Shown one piece after another: positions 34,348-46,082 of a stretch of 64,000 nucleotides of DNA. The stretch is from Caecitellus pseudoparvulus. Taxonomy: Eukaryota > Protista > Bigyra: Bicosoecida. The notes beneath the pieces were generated by a model that searched no databases, was not told the DNA's origin, and saw only the letters and a program-made list of their open reading frames with translations. A program made the position numbers and the translations under genes. Location: positions 744,001 to 808,000 of the forward strand of contig CBFFRQ010000068.1 of NCBI GenBank assembly GCA_965644315.1. The letters are read 5' to 3'. The stretch's first letter is position 1; each line of letters begins with the position of its first letter.

Positions 34348-36144
34348 ATGCTCGTGCTGTTCGAGACGCCTGCAGGCCTCGCCCTGTTCAAGGTGCTGAA
34401 GGAGAAGCGTGTCCGCAAGGCAGATGACGCTTGCGAGCTGTTCTCCTCCCCCGACAAGGCTTCCGAGATGTGCGTGCCCCCCAGCAAGCCAGAGGCACTG
34501 CCACGCTGAACAGCGTTCACTGCACAGCCCGCTCCCTCCACAGCGTGAAGCTGCAGGCCTTCCGGCCCTTCCAGGACACCACTCAGGTGCGCTGCAGTGT
34601 CCTTGCCCGACACCCCTGCCTGCCATGCCCCCCTGCTCGTGTTCTGCTTCCTGCAAGCTGCCGCAGCACGCGTGCACATCCCCGCCGCCCCTGTGCCGCA
34701 CTGCAGGCTCTGGCTGCCGCTTCCGCCCTCGTGGAGGGCAAGATGGGGGACGAACTGGAGAAGTTCCTGAAGAAGCACATCCTGAAGAAGGAACTCACGG
34801 ACGAGCTCGCTGTCATCGACAGCAAGCTGGGCGGCGTCATCAAGGAGAAGCTGGGCATCCAGGTGGGTGCGCTGGTGCTGCATGCCGCCTGCCACAGCCT
34901 GGCACGCTGCCCGCCTCGCCCCCTCCCCCACACAGTGTGTTGCCAGCGGCAAGGTTGGCGAGCTCGTGCGCGGCATCCGCAGCCAGATGACCCACCTGAT
35001 CGACGGCCTGGACGAGGCTCAGCTGAAGGCCATGCAGCTGGGCCTGGGGCACGGCCTGTCCCGGTACAAGCTCAAGTTCAGCCCCGACAAGGTGGACACC
35101 ATGATCGTGCAGGCCATTAACCTGCTGGACGAGCTGGACAAGGAGATCAACACGTATGCCATGCGCGTGCGGGAGTGGTACGGCTGGCACTTCCCCGAGA
35201 TGGCCAAGCTGGTCAACGACAACGAGCAGTACGCCCGCGTGATCCTCAAGTGCGGCATGCGTCCCAACGCCCGCAAGACGGACTTCTCCGACATCCTGCC
35301 TGAGGACGTGGAGGCCAGCATGAAGGAGGCTGCCATCGTCAGCATGGGCACGGACATCAGCGAGGGTGACCTGCTGAACATCTCCGCCCTGGCCACCCAG
35401 GTCATCGCCCTCATGGAGTACCGCACAGAGCTGTTCGAGTACTTGAAGAACCGCATGCTGGCCATCGCGCCCAACCTCACCATGATGGTGGGCGAGCTCG
35501 TCGGCGCCCGCCTCATCGCCCACGCTGGCTCCCTGCTGAACCTGGCCAAGCAGCCCGCTTCCACGGTGCAGATCCTGGGCGCTGAGAAGGCGCTCTTCCG
35601 CGCCCTCAAGACCAAGCACGACACGCCCAAGTACGGCCTCATCTACCACGCCTCCCTCATCGGCCAGGCACAGCCCAAGCACAAGGGCAAGGTGTCCCGC
35701 GTCCTGTCCGCCAAGACTGCCCTGGCCATCCGCGTGGATGCGCTGGGGGAGACCTCCGAGCCCACCATCGCCTTGTCCGCCCGTGCCGCTGTCGAGAACC
35801 GCATGCGCCAGCTGGACTCCTCCTTCCGTGGCACCATGACAGGCGGCGCCACCGCCCGATCCCGCACGGAGGCGTACAGCGCCGGTGCCGCCACTGACGC
35901 CGCTGCTGGCGCCGGCGCCGCAGCTTCTTACAACCCAGATGGCGACGTTGTCCTGGAGAAGAAGGAGAAGAAGTCCAAGAAGGGCACCAAGCGCTCACGC
36001 GACGAGGAGCCTGCTGAGGCTGACAGCGATGACAGCGCAGCCGAGCCTTCCAAGGCCAAGAAGGCACGCAAGGAGAAGAAGGAAAAGAAGGACAAGAAGG
36101 AGAAGAAGTCGAAGAAGGAGAAGAAGTCCAAGAAGTCTGCTTGA
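34348..36144 (+). CDS. NOP58: Box C/D snoRNP protein NOP58
   Basis: [58 protein letters not shown] and a KKE-repeat tail; 3 GT-AG introns. Confidence 0.97.
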
Positions 36145-36318
36145 TGTTCGCGGCTGCCCCCTCGCACCACGGCAGCTGTCATGCCCACCTGAATGCAGTT
36201 GATCTCGCAGCTCACTTCTACGCAAGCCACCCTCGCCCTCGCTGCTTCAGCTGCTGCCCTGCAGCTGCTTTTGCCCTGCGCGGAAAGGGCTGGCGCAGGC
36301 CTGCCTGGCCCTAGAGCC

Positions 36319-39300
36319 ATGGCAGGCTACGAGAGCAGGGAGCCCTGGAGCGCGGGGGGCGTCTCCCCGAAACCCGTCATTCTCACCCAGACCACGCCGC
36401 TTGTCGAGCGCGCGTGTCTCAAGAGCGGCCTGACCTTTGATGAGCTCATCGCGTGAGCAGGCCTGCCGCTGTCGATGCTGCCACTGCTCAACTTCCGCTG
36501 CACTGCAGCATGCCACGCCAACACGCCGCAGGCCCTTCGTGAACTTCCCCGGCGCCAACGTGGAATTCAAACTAAATGACACGGGCTTCACAGTTCCTGA
36601 TGTCGCCTTTCGCGTGCTGTCCTCCCGTGAATTCAGGCAGCCTCCCCAGGATGTAGTGGACGCCGTGAGTCTGCCTGTGGCCTCAACAGCCGCGCCCTTG
36701 ACCACACTGCCCCCCGCGAACCCGCAGCACATTGCCACTTGCATTCGATCGAGCCCCCCCACCGACTTCGATCGGGCGCGCAGCAAGGGGCGCCTGCAGA
36801 CGGCGCTCGCAGCTGCCGGCATCGGGGACGCAGCTGATGCGCGTGCTTGGTTGCGCAAGCACAAGGACAAGCCCCTGCCATGGTTTGCCGCCTGGCGCCG
36901 AGCCCTGGACGATGTCGCACGGTGCCAGCAGCACGAGATGTTCGACAGCCCCGTGGGCATCATCACCGCCGTCAGCTCAGGGGAGGGCAACATCGTCGCG
37001 GCCCTGAACGACTTGACGTCCCCCCACCGCCTGCCGCCCAGCTTCGCGGCAGAGGTGTACGACTCAGACTTGCCGCGCGCCTACCTGCTGCTGCACGACA
37101 TGAGTGAGCCGGGCGCCAGCCGGGAGGCCCTGCAGGCTCACCTCAGCACCCTCACCACCTACTTCCCTCGAGACGTCTGCTTTGCGCTCGTCATCAACAG
37201 CGCTGGGGAGGGGGAGCCGGCCCCCCCCGCCACCTGGGCCGTGCCCATACCGCCCAAGCTCTTCACGCACCCATCCAGTGTGCTGGCGGAGGCAGCCGCA
37301 GCGGAGGCAGCCGCAGCCGGAGCACCCTGGAGCGGGCCCTGCCCCCCCCCGCCCGGCTACCGCATGGCCCCTGACGACGTCGCTCGCATGCGGCAGGTGA
37401 TGCACGATATCGTCAAGGGCATGCTGCTGCCTGCCTGGCAGCGCAGCCTCAGCGCCCTGTATGCCAACGTGACTTCCCACAAGCGTGGTCTGCGCAACAC
37501 GCTGCGTTCGTGGCTGCGAGGCAGCAGCAGCGCCACCACCAGCCCGCGAGCGCGCGACAGGGGCAAACAGGGCGGCGCCCCGCTCGCAGTGTACACGTAC
37601 GGCACCCTTCCAGCACAAACACGCCTGCTGGCGGATTCCCTGTACATGCTGGGGGCGCTGGGCCTGGCGCTGCAGGCGTACAAATGGGCGGGTGAGGAGT
37701 TCAGGGGGGGCTCCACCGCCACCACCCTGCACCAGGCCAGCGTAGCAGAGATGATCGCGTGGTGCCTGCTGCGCCAGTCAGGCCCCTCCCGTGAGGCAGA
37801 TGGGGAGTTGGAGGGCGCCGTGACGGGGTACTACAACGTGGCCAAGGCGGCGCTGGCGGCGCCGTCCCTGTCCGCACTGGGCACCCACGCCAGCCTCACG
37901 GAGGGCCGCTCCCCCATGCTCAGCCCCTTTTCTCACGCTTGGTCGGCGACGGGGCCCATCAGTCCCGGCTCCAGCGCACATGCGCTCACCACCCCGGCGG
38001 CGCTGGCGCTGGGGGCCGCGTCCCCGCCGCCCACCCGTGCACGGGGTGCTGCCCGGGACACGCCCACACGGCCACCACAGGCACCCAGCACGCCCACTGC
38101 TCCCACAGCAGGGGCCGGTATCACGCCAAGCGGCGCAGCAGCTGCCCCCCCACTGACCCTTGCTCAGCTGCTTGGAGAGGCTGCTTTGCCCAGCGCAGCT
38201 GCGCAGCCCGCCTCTGGCAAGAGCAGTGCCCGCACGGCTGCCAAGCGGCAAGCCATCCGCCTGGCCTCCCGCGTGGCGGCACTAGCGGCAGACACAATCC
38301 TAGCGCGGGGCTCCCGTCACACACTGGCGGCTGGCATGCTGCGCAGGACAGCCCAGGCTGAGGGGGATGGCTCCCTCTCAGGGGCGGTGCTGTTCGAGCA
38401 GGCAGCCTGTGCCCTGCTGGCTGCCAACACGGCAACCTCTGCCACTCTGGGCATGGGCAGCGCCTTGGCTGCGCACCCCATGCCTGCTCCCTCCGTGCGC
38501 AAGCACGCGTTCTTCTCTGTCCTCGCAGCCAAGGGGTACAGTGCCAGCCCGCTGCCCAGCCCTCAGCATGCCCTGCGGTGCTTGGCAGTTGCACACACCA
38601 GCTTCACACCCCAGCTCGCACCATGGCCTGTGGTGGACGGCTACGTGCTGCTGGCCACCGCGCGGTGTTTGCGTAGCATGGCAGACTTCGCCTCTGCCGC
38701 GGGGCTGTACGGGGCCTGCCTGGCCAAGGGAGCCACTTGCATGTCGCCTCGCTTGCAAGGTGACGTGCTCCTCGAGTTTGCAGCGGCCAATGAGCAGTGG
38801 AGACAGCACCTCGCAGAGCAGGCGGACGCCCACGAGCCCCACGACACTCCACAAGCACTGGAGATTCCTGGCCTGCCACGGGTGGACACAGCCAGCCTCA
38901 GGGTTGTGTCTTGGGACAATGCGCTGCATGCCCTCTTGGCAGTCGGTGGGCACGTCCCTGCTGCGCACAAGCCGACACCGGAGATGGCCTGTCTAAACGG
39001 CCTGCACAACGGCTTGTGGGGCGGCAGCCAGCCTGGGGAAGGCGCGCCGCGGGCCTTGCCCAAGCTCGGCTGGGGAGCCGCCGCCCCTGCGAAGTGCAAC
39101 CCGATCACGAGTGCCACCAGCGGAAGTCACTGGCTTGTGTGGCCAGTCTTGGCTGCTGGCATGCAGTCAGACGCGTTGGCGGTGCAACGAGCAGCGGCAG
39201 CGAGTGCTGGGGGGGTTGGAGGGGTGAGGGCTGCGCAAGTGGCTGCGGTCATCAATGGCGCTGAGGACGATGCTGAGCGCCTGGCAAGTGCCTGTCGCGG

Positions 39301-41824
39301 CCATGCCGGTGGGGTGCATGGCTTCCTCGCGAGCCCCCCCGCTACCCGGCATGCTGTGGCCGATGTTGCCCAGCCCCTGCCACGGCGGGTTGGGCAGCCT
39401 TTCGCAATCTGCGTCACCCTACACAACCCCTTGAGTATCCCCTTGCACCTGTACGAAGTGCATGCAGTGACCGAGTTGGAGGGCGGGGAGGAGGGCAGTG
39501 CCTGTGGGGAAGGTGGCAGCCCCCCTGCACTTGCCGGTGGCAGCTGGCCAACGGGGCTGAGCTGGCGGCAGACTCCTGGCGCATGCTGCGCATGTGTTGA
39601 TGTGGAGCTGGAAGGGGGGGGCTCGCGCACCTTGCACCTGCTCGTGGTACCCACTGCCCCGGGCGACTTGACCGTGTCCAGGGTGGCGTGGACGCTGGCC
39701 GGCACGGTGCGCTCCGGGGCGAAGCTGCAACTCACCGGCCCCCTCCTGCACACATCAAGGCAGGCCAGAGCCCGCCGGCAGCGCGGTGCGGACGCAAGGC
39801 TCCAAGCCAAAGTCGCGGGTGAAGGCGCATGGCTCGCCGCATCTCTTCACCTGCCCGAGACAGCTGGAGCACCCGATGGCAGCATTGCCATGTGCAGTGG
39901 CGAGGTCATCCACGCGACGCTGCGCCTCACCAACTGCGGGCAAGTTCCGTGTGAGGGGCCCCTGCGGCTGCGCAGCGATGCCGAGGGCGCAGCATGGCTG
40001 GTACCAACACATGTGCCTGAAGAAGGCGTCAGTGTTGGCCTTCTTGGGGCCACGTACACCTTGACGACTGCAGGGGATGCCCTGGAACCTGGCGGGTCCA
40101 TGGATGTCCCAGTCATGCTGCGAGCAGGAGGCCGTCCGTGCTCGGCGCGGCTGGCTGTGCTGGTGGACATGGCCGGCAAGGCCGTGTGCAGGTGGGGCAG
40201 CTCGCTGTCAGTGACGCCCGGCCCCACCTTGCAAGGCGTTCTGCAGACCCATGCCGGCACTGCGTTCCTATCCCTCCGAGCCATGGCAGCTGCTAGTAGC
40301 ACTCTGGCGGTACAAGGCTTAGCCTTGTGCTGCCCGGGAGACGTGTCCAGTGCAACCGCCATGCACAGTGCCTCCCGGGAGAGCTTGCTGGACCTTCCAC
40401 GTGGAGGAGTTGGCGGCACGGTGGTGACCTGGAATGCTGGAGATGTGGGCCAGGCAAGCACCTCCCTCGTCCTGCCTCCATCGGGGGACTGTCCGGCGTG
40501 GGCCACGCGAGCCTGCAGCGGCCTGCCGGCGTGGGAACACGCCCTGGCCCTGCAGTGCTCCCACATCCACAACCAGCGCAGCCTGGCCGTGGCTCGAAGC
40601 GAAGAAGCAGCCAAGCGTGCGGGCACTTCGGACGCCCTTCCCATGACCTTGCGTGCCATTCGGCTTGCGGCAGCTGAGGCAGCCCGTCAGGGCGACAGTG
40701 GCGCAAGCCAGGGCAGCCGCGCAGATGCCCCACGCAGCGCACTGGCCCTTGCCCACGCAGGGAAAGCATCTGTTGCAGTGTTCCTCCTAGCTGGGCACCG
40801 CACGATCTGCTTGCACCTGCCGCTCCTCCCATTCCCCGCCCAGGATGGCTGGGCCGTCTCTGCTGCCTCCACTGCAGTGGACGGCTCGTGCGGTACAGGT
40901 GGGGGCCCCTGGCACCACCACGCGTACTTGGCCCCTCAGCAGCACCTGCCCCGCCTGGCAGCCAGTCAGACACGTGTGGTGGCTGGTGCGCCGTCGCCCC
41001 TTGCGTCCCATCTCCGCTTCTTCGGCTCCAAGCCAGAGCCGGGGCAGCTGGAGCGCATGGTGAAGGTGGAGCTGCACGCGCCAGCTTCGGTAGTCGCCGC
41101 CGATCACAGCACGCTGCTGCCGCGGGGTGGTCTGCCTCGCAGACTCACTGGCGGGGGCACTGCGGTCGCTCTCGTGGGCACGGACTTGGACAAGAAGTTG
41201 CTGCACTTGGCCCCTCCCACACCGCTGCAAGCTGCTGCTTACGACGAAGAAGGCCCGGCACAGGCCCTGACACACACCTCGCGCGGGGACCTGCTCACAA
41301 GCGCAGTGTCCGTGCCTGTGGACCTCAGCAACGCGCAGGGCATGGCCAAGGCTGTGCCGTCACAACGACTGGCCCTGGTCCCCCTCACTGTGCACCTCAC
41401 GTTCTCCGCCACACCTCCGCGCAGCTCATCTGCGTGGTCGCAAGTGCGCATGGTGCTGGCTGAATTGCTCCTGTTGCCCCAAGCAGCACCAGCAGATGCA
41501 CAGGGTGCCCCCTCCATCACGTGGATTTCGCCGCTCCGGCACCCGCTCCCCATCATGCAAGCCGGCGACTCCTACGCACTTCAGGTTTGGGCGGCCTGCG
41601 TGTTGCCCCGTGGCCAGGAGAGTGGCCAGGTAGTCATTGACCCAGCAGTCGTGCGCATCCGGCTCACTCCAGCTCCTGGCTTCAGAGGCAGCTCCCAGCG
41701 TACGGCGCCTCCCGTGGAAGTGAGCGCTGCGCCGAGCGAGCCAGTGACGGTCAGCTTGCACCCCGCTCCCAAGGGGCCCTTCACGGCCCTCACTGGATTT
41801 GAGGAGGTGCCTCTCTCGGACTGA
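36319..41824 (+). CDS. TRAPPC8: TRAPP III subunit TRAPPC8/Trs85-like
   Basis: CLKSGLTFDELIAPF N-terminus, QHEMFDSPV, YLLLHD, CFALVINS, QTRLLADSLYML, VRKHAFFSVLA and VTLHNPLSIPL. One 5' intron. Confidence 0.85.
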
Positions 41825-42012
41825 GCAATGTACGGCAACTCTGCCAAATCGCAACCGCCGCCCACTTCCCTCTGCCTGTCGCCGCCCCCGCTTTGTTGCA
41901 CTGATGTGCTTGGCGTGGTGAATCTGAACCCCGCAAGCCGGCCCGAGCCCAGCCCTGGTGAGAGCGCAGGACTCCCCTCCAGCTGTCGGGTTTCCTTCCG
42001 TCCCCTTCAAGC

Positions 42013-43410
42013 ATGCTGTCAAGCGCAAGCCGCCTTGCTATGGCCGCCCCAGCGGTGGCGCGCCATGGTGCGCGGGGTGTGGCCACCATTTCCGCAATCC
42101 AGGCCCGCAGCATCTTCGACTCCCGGGGCTTCCCCACTGTCGAGTGTGATGTGACGTTCGGTTCAGGTCAGGTGGCTCGAGCATCTGTTCCATCGGGCGC
42201 TTCCACCGGCGAGTTCGAAGCATTGGAGCTCCGTGACGGCGGCGCCGTTTTCATGGGCAAGGGCGTGTCCAAGGCTGTGGACAACGTGAACACCACCTTG
42301 GCTGCTGCATTGAAAGGCATGGATGTGTCCGACCAGAAGGCCATCGACGACCTCATGGTGAAGGAGCTGGATGGCACCAAGAACGAGTGGGGCTGGTGCA
42401 AGCAGAAGCTGGGCGCCAACGCCATCCTCGCTGTGTCGCTTGCAGTGGCCAAGGCGGGCGCCGCGGCAGGCGGCGTGCCCCTCTACGCCCATATCGCGGC
42501 GCTGGCAGGGAAGAAGGATCCCGTCTTGCCTGTGCCCTCCTTCAACGTCATCAATGGCGGCAGCCACGCTGGGAACCAGCTGGCCATGCAGGAGTTCATG
42601 ATCCTGCCCACTGGCGCCGCCAGCTTCACAGAGGCCATGCGCATGGGAGCTGAGACGTACCATGCTCTGAAGGTTGGACTGAAGGCCAAGTACGGGCAGG
42701 ACGCGGTGAACGTCGGCGATGAAGGCGGCTTCGCGCCCCCCATGAAGGACGCCCGTGAGGCGCTGGAGGTGCTGCATGCTGCCATCCAGGCGGCGGGGGC
42801 AGAGGGCGCCATGGCCATTGGCATGGACATTGCAGCATCTGAATTTTACGCAGATGGCAAGTATGACCTGGACTGGAAGGTGCCAGGCGCAGATGGCAGC
42901 AGCAAGCTGAGCGGCGCCCAGCTGCTGGAGGTCTACCGCGGCCTCATCACTGACTTTGGCCTGGTCAGCATCGAGGACCCTTTCGACCAGGAGGACTGGG
43001 AGGCGTACGCGGCTATGACTGCGGAAGTTGGTGCAGACTGCCAGATCGTGGGGGATGATCTGCTTGTCACAAACCCCGTCCGTGTGCAGAAGGCCATTGA
43101 CGGCGCCAGCGTGAACGCACTGCTGCTTAAGGTGAACCAGATCGGAACCCTGACGGAGAGCATTGAAGCCGTGCGCATGTCTCAAGATGCAGGGTGGGGC
43201 GTCATGACCTCACACAGGTCTGGTGAGACGGAAGACACCTTCATCGCTGACTTGGCCGTGGGCCTGGCCACTGGGCAGATCAAGACCGGCGCACCCTGCC
43301 GCTCAGAGCGCACTGCTAAGTACAACCAGCTCCTGCGCATTGAAGAAGAGCTGGGCAGCTCCGCTGTGTATGCAGGAAAACACTTCCGCACACCCCACCT
43401 GGCCCGCTGA
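42013..43410 (+). CDS. ENO: Enolase with N-terminal mitochondrial-type presequence
   Basis: [48 protein letters not shown] and [11 protein letters not shown]; ~24-aa extension; EWGWC insertion. Confidence 0.97.
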   Translation: MLSSASRLAMAAPAVARHGARGVATISAIQARSIFDSRGFPTVECDVTFGSGQVARASVPSGASTGEFEALELRDGGAVFMGKGVSKAVDNVNTTLAAALKGMDVSDQKAIDDLMVKELDGTKNEWGWCKQKLGANAILAVSLAVAKAGAAAGGVPLYAHIAALAGKKDPVLPVPSFNVINGGSHAGNQLAMQEFMILPTGAASFTEAMRMGAETYHALKVGLKAKYGQDAVNVGDEGGFAPPMKDAREALEVLHAAIQAAGAEGAMAIGMDIAASEFYADGKYDLDWKVPGADGSSKLSGAQLLEVYRGLITDFGLVSIEDPFDQEDWEAYAAMTAEVGADCQIVGDDLLVTNPVRVQKAIDGASVNALLLKVNQIGTLTESIEAVRMSQDAGWGVMTSHRSGETEDTFIADLAVGLATGQIKTGAPCRSERTAKYNQLLRIEEELGSSAVYAGKHFRTPHLAR

Positions 43411-43425
43411 CTTGACACAGTGACC

Positions 43426-44154
43426 TCACAACCCCTCAGCGCCGGCGGTGAGAATGCAAGCGTTGCCAACACTTTGCTCACGCTGCACGGGGGGTGGGCG
43501 CACCTTGCCGCCATGAGGTGGGAGCCTGTCATCCAAGACAGTGTAGGTCTCTTCATCCTGTGTGTCTTTGGGGGTGGATAGGCCCAGGTACGCCTCAGAC
43601 GTCACCGAGCCCTGCCCTGGTGCGCGCAGGCGTCGCAGGGCCCACCAAACTGCGACAAGTAGCAGGAAGACGCCAAGGCACCCCCCCACAATGGCCAGGA
43701 CTTGGACCAGGGGCAGAGAAAAAGTGCAGCGCAGTTCATACGTGCAGCTCTCCATGTAGCTGCCACACAGGGCCCGCATTTGTGCTCGCTGCACTGCGCC
43801 AAGGTGCCCTGGAGTGCACTGGGCAGGCAGGCAGGTCGCAGTCGATAGAGAAAACTCAGCAGGAGTGTGATTTGTAGCTAATTTTTCCGTATAGTCGCCG
43901 TAGCTTGCGTGAATGGTGCAGTACGTGTTGCCCGAGTTGGCGCACTTCTGCGCCAGGGCATCTTGGCCGGCCCCGCAAGACCACGCTCCGCACGCCCCTG
44001 CCTGTGTCGCATTGGCCAAACAGCTCTGAAGCGAGGACAAACAATCCAGATTGCTGCTGTTAAAGACTGTCAGTGCTCCTTCTACGGTCCCCCCGCCCGC
44101 CCAGCCGCTCATGCACCGCTGCGGCGTGCCTTGCGGGGCAAACCAAGCTGGCAT
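43426..44154 (-). CDS. Cys-rich single-pass membrane protein
   Basis: Cys-rich domain with N-glycosylation sequons, TM LVQVLAIVGGCLGVFLLLVAVWW and a tail with YLGL/YTVL. Start uncertain; no signal peptide seen. Confidence 0.7.
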   Translation of the reverse strand: MPAWFAPQGTPQRCMSGWAGGGTVEGALTVFNSSNLDCLSSLQSCLANATQAGACGAWSCGAGQDALAQKCANSGNTYCTIHASYGDYTEKLATNHTPAEFSLSTATCLPAQCTPGHLGAVQRAQMRALCGSYMESCTYELRCTFSLPLVQVLAIVGGCLGVFLLLVAVWWALRRLRAPGQGSVTSEAYLGLSTPKDTQDEETYTVLDDRLPPHGGKVRPPPVQREQSVGNACILTAGAEGL

Positions 44155-44411
44155 GTCCAGAGAAGCCGGGCGCCGAAACTCTCACGAAACCCTCCCTCCT
44201 TGCAGGGACCCCGACGTGTTGTGCGAGAAATCAATTCATATGAGACCCCCAATGCGCATGCATCAGTGCTTTGTCTTTGGTATTGGTTTGTGGGTTTTGG
44301 TTGCATTGCGTGGTGTGTGCAGACTGGTGGGAGCAGGCCCAGCCTCTTGATCCACTTGCCGCTTCCCAGCAAGGCTCTTGCACCGCAAAGAGCGCAGCAA
44401 GTGGCGAAGCC

Positions 44412-45773
44412 ATGAACCCTAGGAGCACTTGCAGCGACAGAACAGGAACCGATCGTTTGGCTGCAGCTCGGCTTCGTGCGTCTGACCGTTTCATGAAGGC
44501 TGCTGCTCGGCAGGTGGCAGCGCAGCGAAGCAAGGTCACAGCCCAGCGGAAATTGGCACAGAGCACAGCAAGCACAACGGACCCCGGCGCGAGCAAGCAG
44601 GTTCACCTGGCACAAACTCCCGTACATGACCCACGCATGTCGGTGCAGCTGCCCTGGCAAGAACGTGATGACAGCCGCACAACTCCACACCTGCCAACCT
44701 TTACACATGCCATGGCGCGAGGGGTCAGCGAGGGTGGGCATCACACCCAGCCCATCACCATTGTCTTGGGACCTGCCACACATGCTCTTGAAGGAGGGGA
44801 GGTGGTCACTGCGACTGTTCCTGCCCTGTTCGGCATTCAAAGCCCCCAGCGCGCGGCGCCCCTGCACTCCCCAACGATGGCTGCAAGAGCCAATTCGCCT
44901 GATGAGCCCACCTCATTGAGCGACACAAGTCATGTGCATGAGAGCAAGCGAGGGATGAGGGCTGCCCAAAGCAAACACTCTCCACACAAAAGCAGGAGAG
45001 AGCGGCGGGAACTCCAACATCAGCGTGCCCTAACAGCCGAGCTGTCCCGGCAGCTGGAGTTCACATCTGCACAGCTGGCCCGCAGCCAGGAGAGAAAGAG
45101 CCCAAAGCCTTCGCATACGCACCCCTCACTTGGCTCATCCTGCTCCACACTCCATGCCTCCAGTGAGGCCGCAAGGTCTCTGCCCGCAAGCAGCAAAGCA
45201 GCCAATATCGCAGGAGCCTGCAGCCCTGAACCACAGAGCACGACAGGTCAAGACGACTTGGTGAGCATCAGGTGTACTGATAGCCCATTGGGCATCGAAG
45301 CCTTGTCAGCGGAAAGGTCGCCTGGATCCAGGGACGCGGCCGTGGAGCACGGCATCCGCACACGCCCAGCGACACCAGCCTTGCCAGGGGCAAACACATG
45401 CATCTGCCAAGGCCGCTGGAAGGAACTTGTCGGGGCTAGCCAGGTCTTGCTGAAGTGGTCGCGGCAGCTGATGCTGGAGAACAGCAGCCTCTCAGCGCAG
45501 CTCCGCGCAGTCCAAGCCAGAAGCAAGGCTGAGCGAGCCCACGCAAACCTGGCACGCGCGCAGGCACATCGGTGGGCGAGGTCCCCTCATCGCAAGGATG
45601 GGCTGAGAGCTGAACCAGTCGGTGGCTCCGAGCCTCGGACCCCTGAGGAGGTGCTGAGCGCCATGCGCCTCGTACGGAGCGCGTCGCGTGCAGGAGGACG
45701 GAGTCCACACCGAGGTCAGCGGCCGGTGCATAAAGGCGAAGGACGAGCACGTGCAGGAGGGGCTTGGCAGTAA
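44412..45773 (+). CDS. Hypothetical disordered/coiled-coil protein
   Basis: Long ORF with two coiled-coil-like segments and many SP motifs. No recognised domain. Confidence 0.55.
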   Translation: MNPRSTCSDRTGTDRLAAARLRASDRFMKAAARQVAAQRSKVTAQRKLAQSTASTTDPGASKQVHLAQTPVHDPRMSVQLPWQERDDSRTTPHLPTFTHAMARGVSEGGHHTQPITIVLGPATHALEGGEVVTATVPALFGIQSPQRAAPLHSPTMAARANSPDEPTSLSDTSHVHESKRGMRAAQSKHSPHKSRRERRELQHQRALTAELSRQLEFTSAQLARSQERKSPKPSHTHPSLGSSCSTLHASSEAARSLPASSKAANIAGACSPEPQSTTGQDDLVSIRCTDSPLGIEALSAERSPGSRDAAVEHGIRTRPATPALPGANTCICQGRWKELVGASQVLLKWSRQLMLENSSLSAQLRAVQARSKAERAHANLARAQAHRWARSPHRKDGLRAEPVGGSEPRTPEEVLSAMRLVRSASRAGGRSPHRGQRPVHKGEGRARAGGAWQ

Positions 45774-46064
45774 TGCATTAGAAGCACCCCTCTAAAGGTT
45801 CAAGTCTTGAGTTGCAGAAGCATGAGTGCTACCCCGCCAAGGTTGGCAGCACATGGTGGCCGCGAGGCCACCTGCAAGCTCCCGGCCAGAACCAGGCCTG
45901 GTGCTCCGCAGCTACGGGGGCCCTCCTCAAAGTCCCCACACAGACAAAAACCTAAGAAATTAGATAGAAACCATTCCTTGCTTCAATCAAGACAGTAAAT
46001 GCCCACGATTAGTCACTTTTTACCTTGAAAACGAGGGCAGCGTCTTGGACGCCGCTTGCCAGCA

Positions 46065-46075
46065 CAAATTCCGCA
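46065..46075 (+). promoter_or_regulatory. CRAHTTCCGCA upstream motif (CAAATTCCGCA)
   Basis: Ends 8 nt before ATG 46083. Confidence 0.6.
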
Positions 46076-46082
46076 ACGAAAC

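Noticed and set aside
34470-34935. Intronic snoRNAs in NOP58
   Set aside because: The introns are short and I saw no box C (TGATGA)/box D pairs.
42086-42096. Near-match to the upstream motif (CCATTTCCGCA) at the enolase presequence/mature boundary as an alternative TSS for a cytosolic isoform
   Set aside because: There is no in-frame ATG until well into the catalytic domain, and the match is explained by the coding sequence.
45780-46060. AT-richer intergenic stretch as ncRNA or transposon remnant
   Set aside because: No tRNA boxes, terminal repeats or recognisable RNA motifs.
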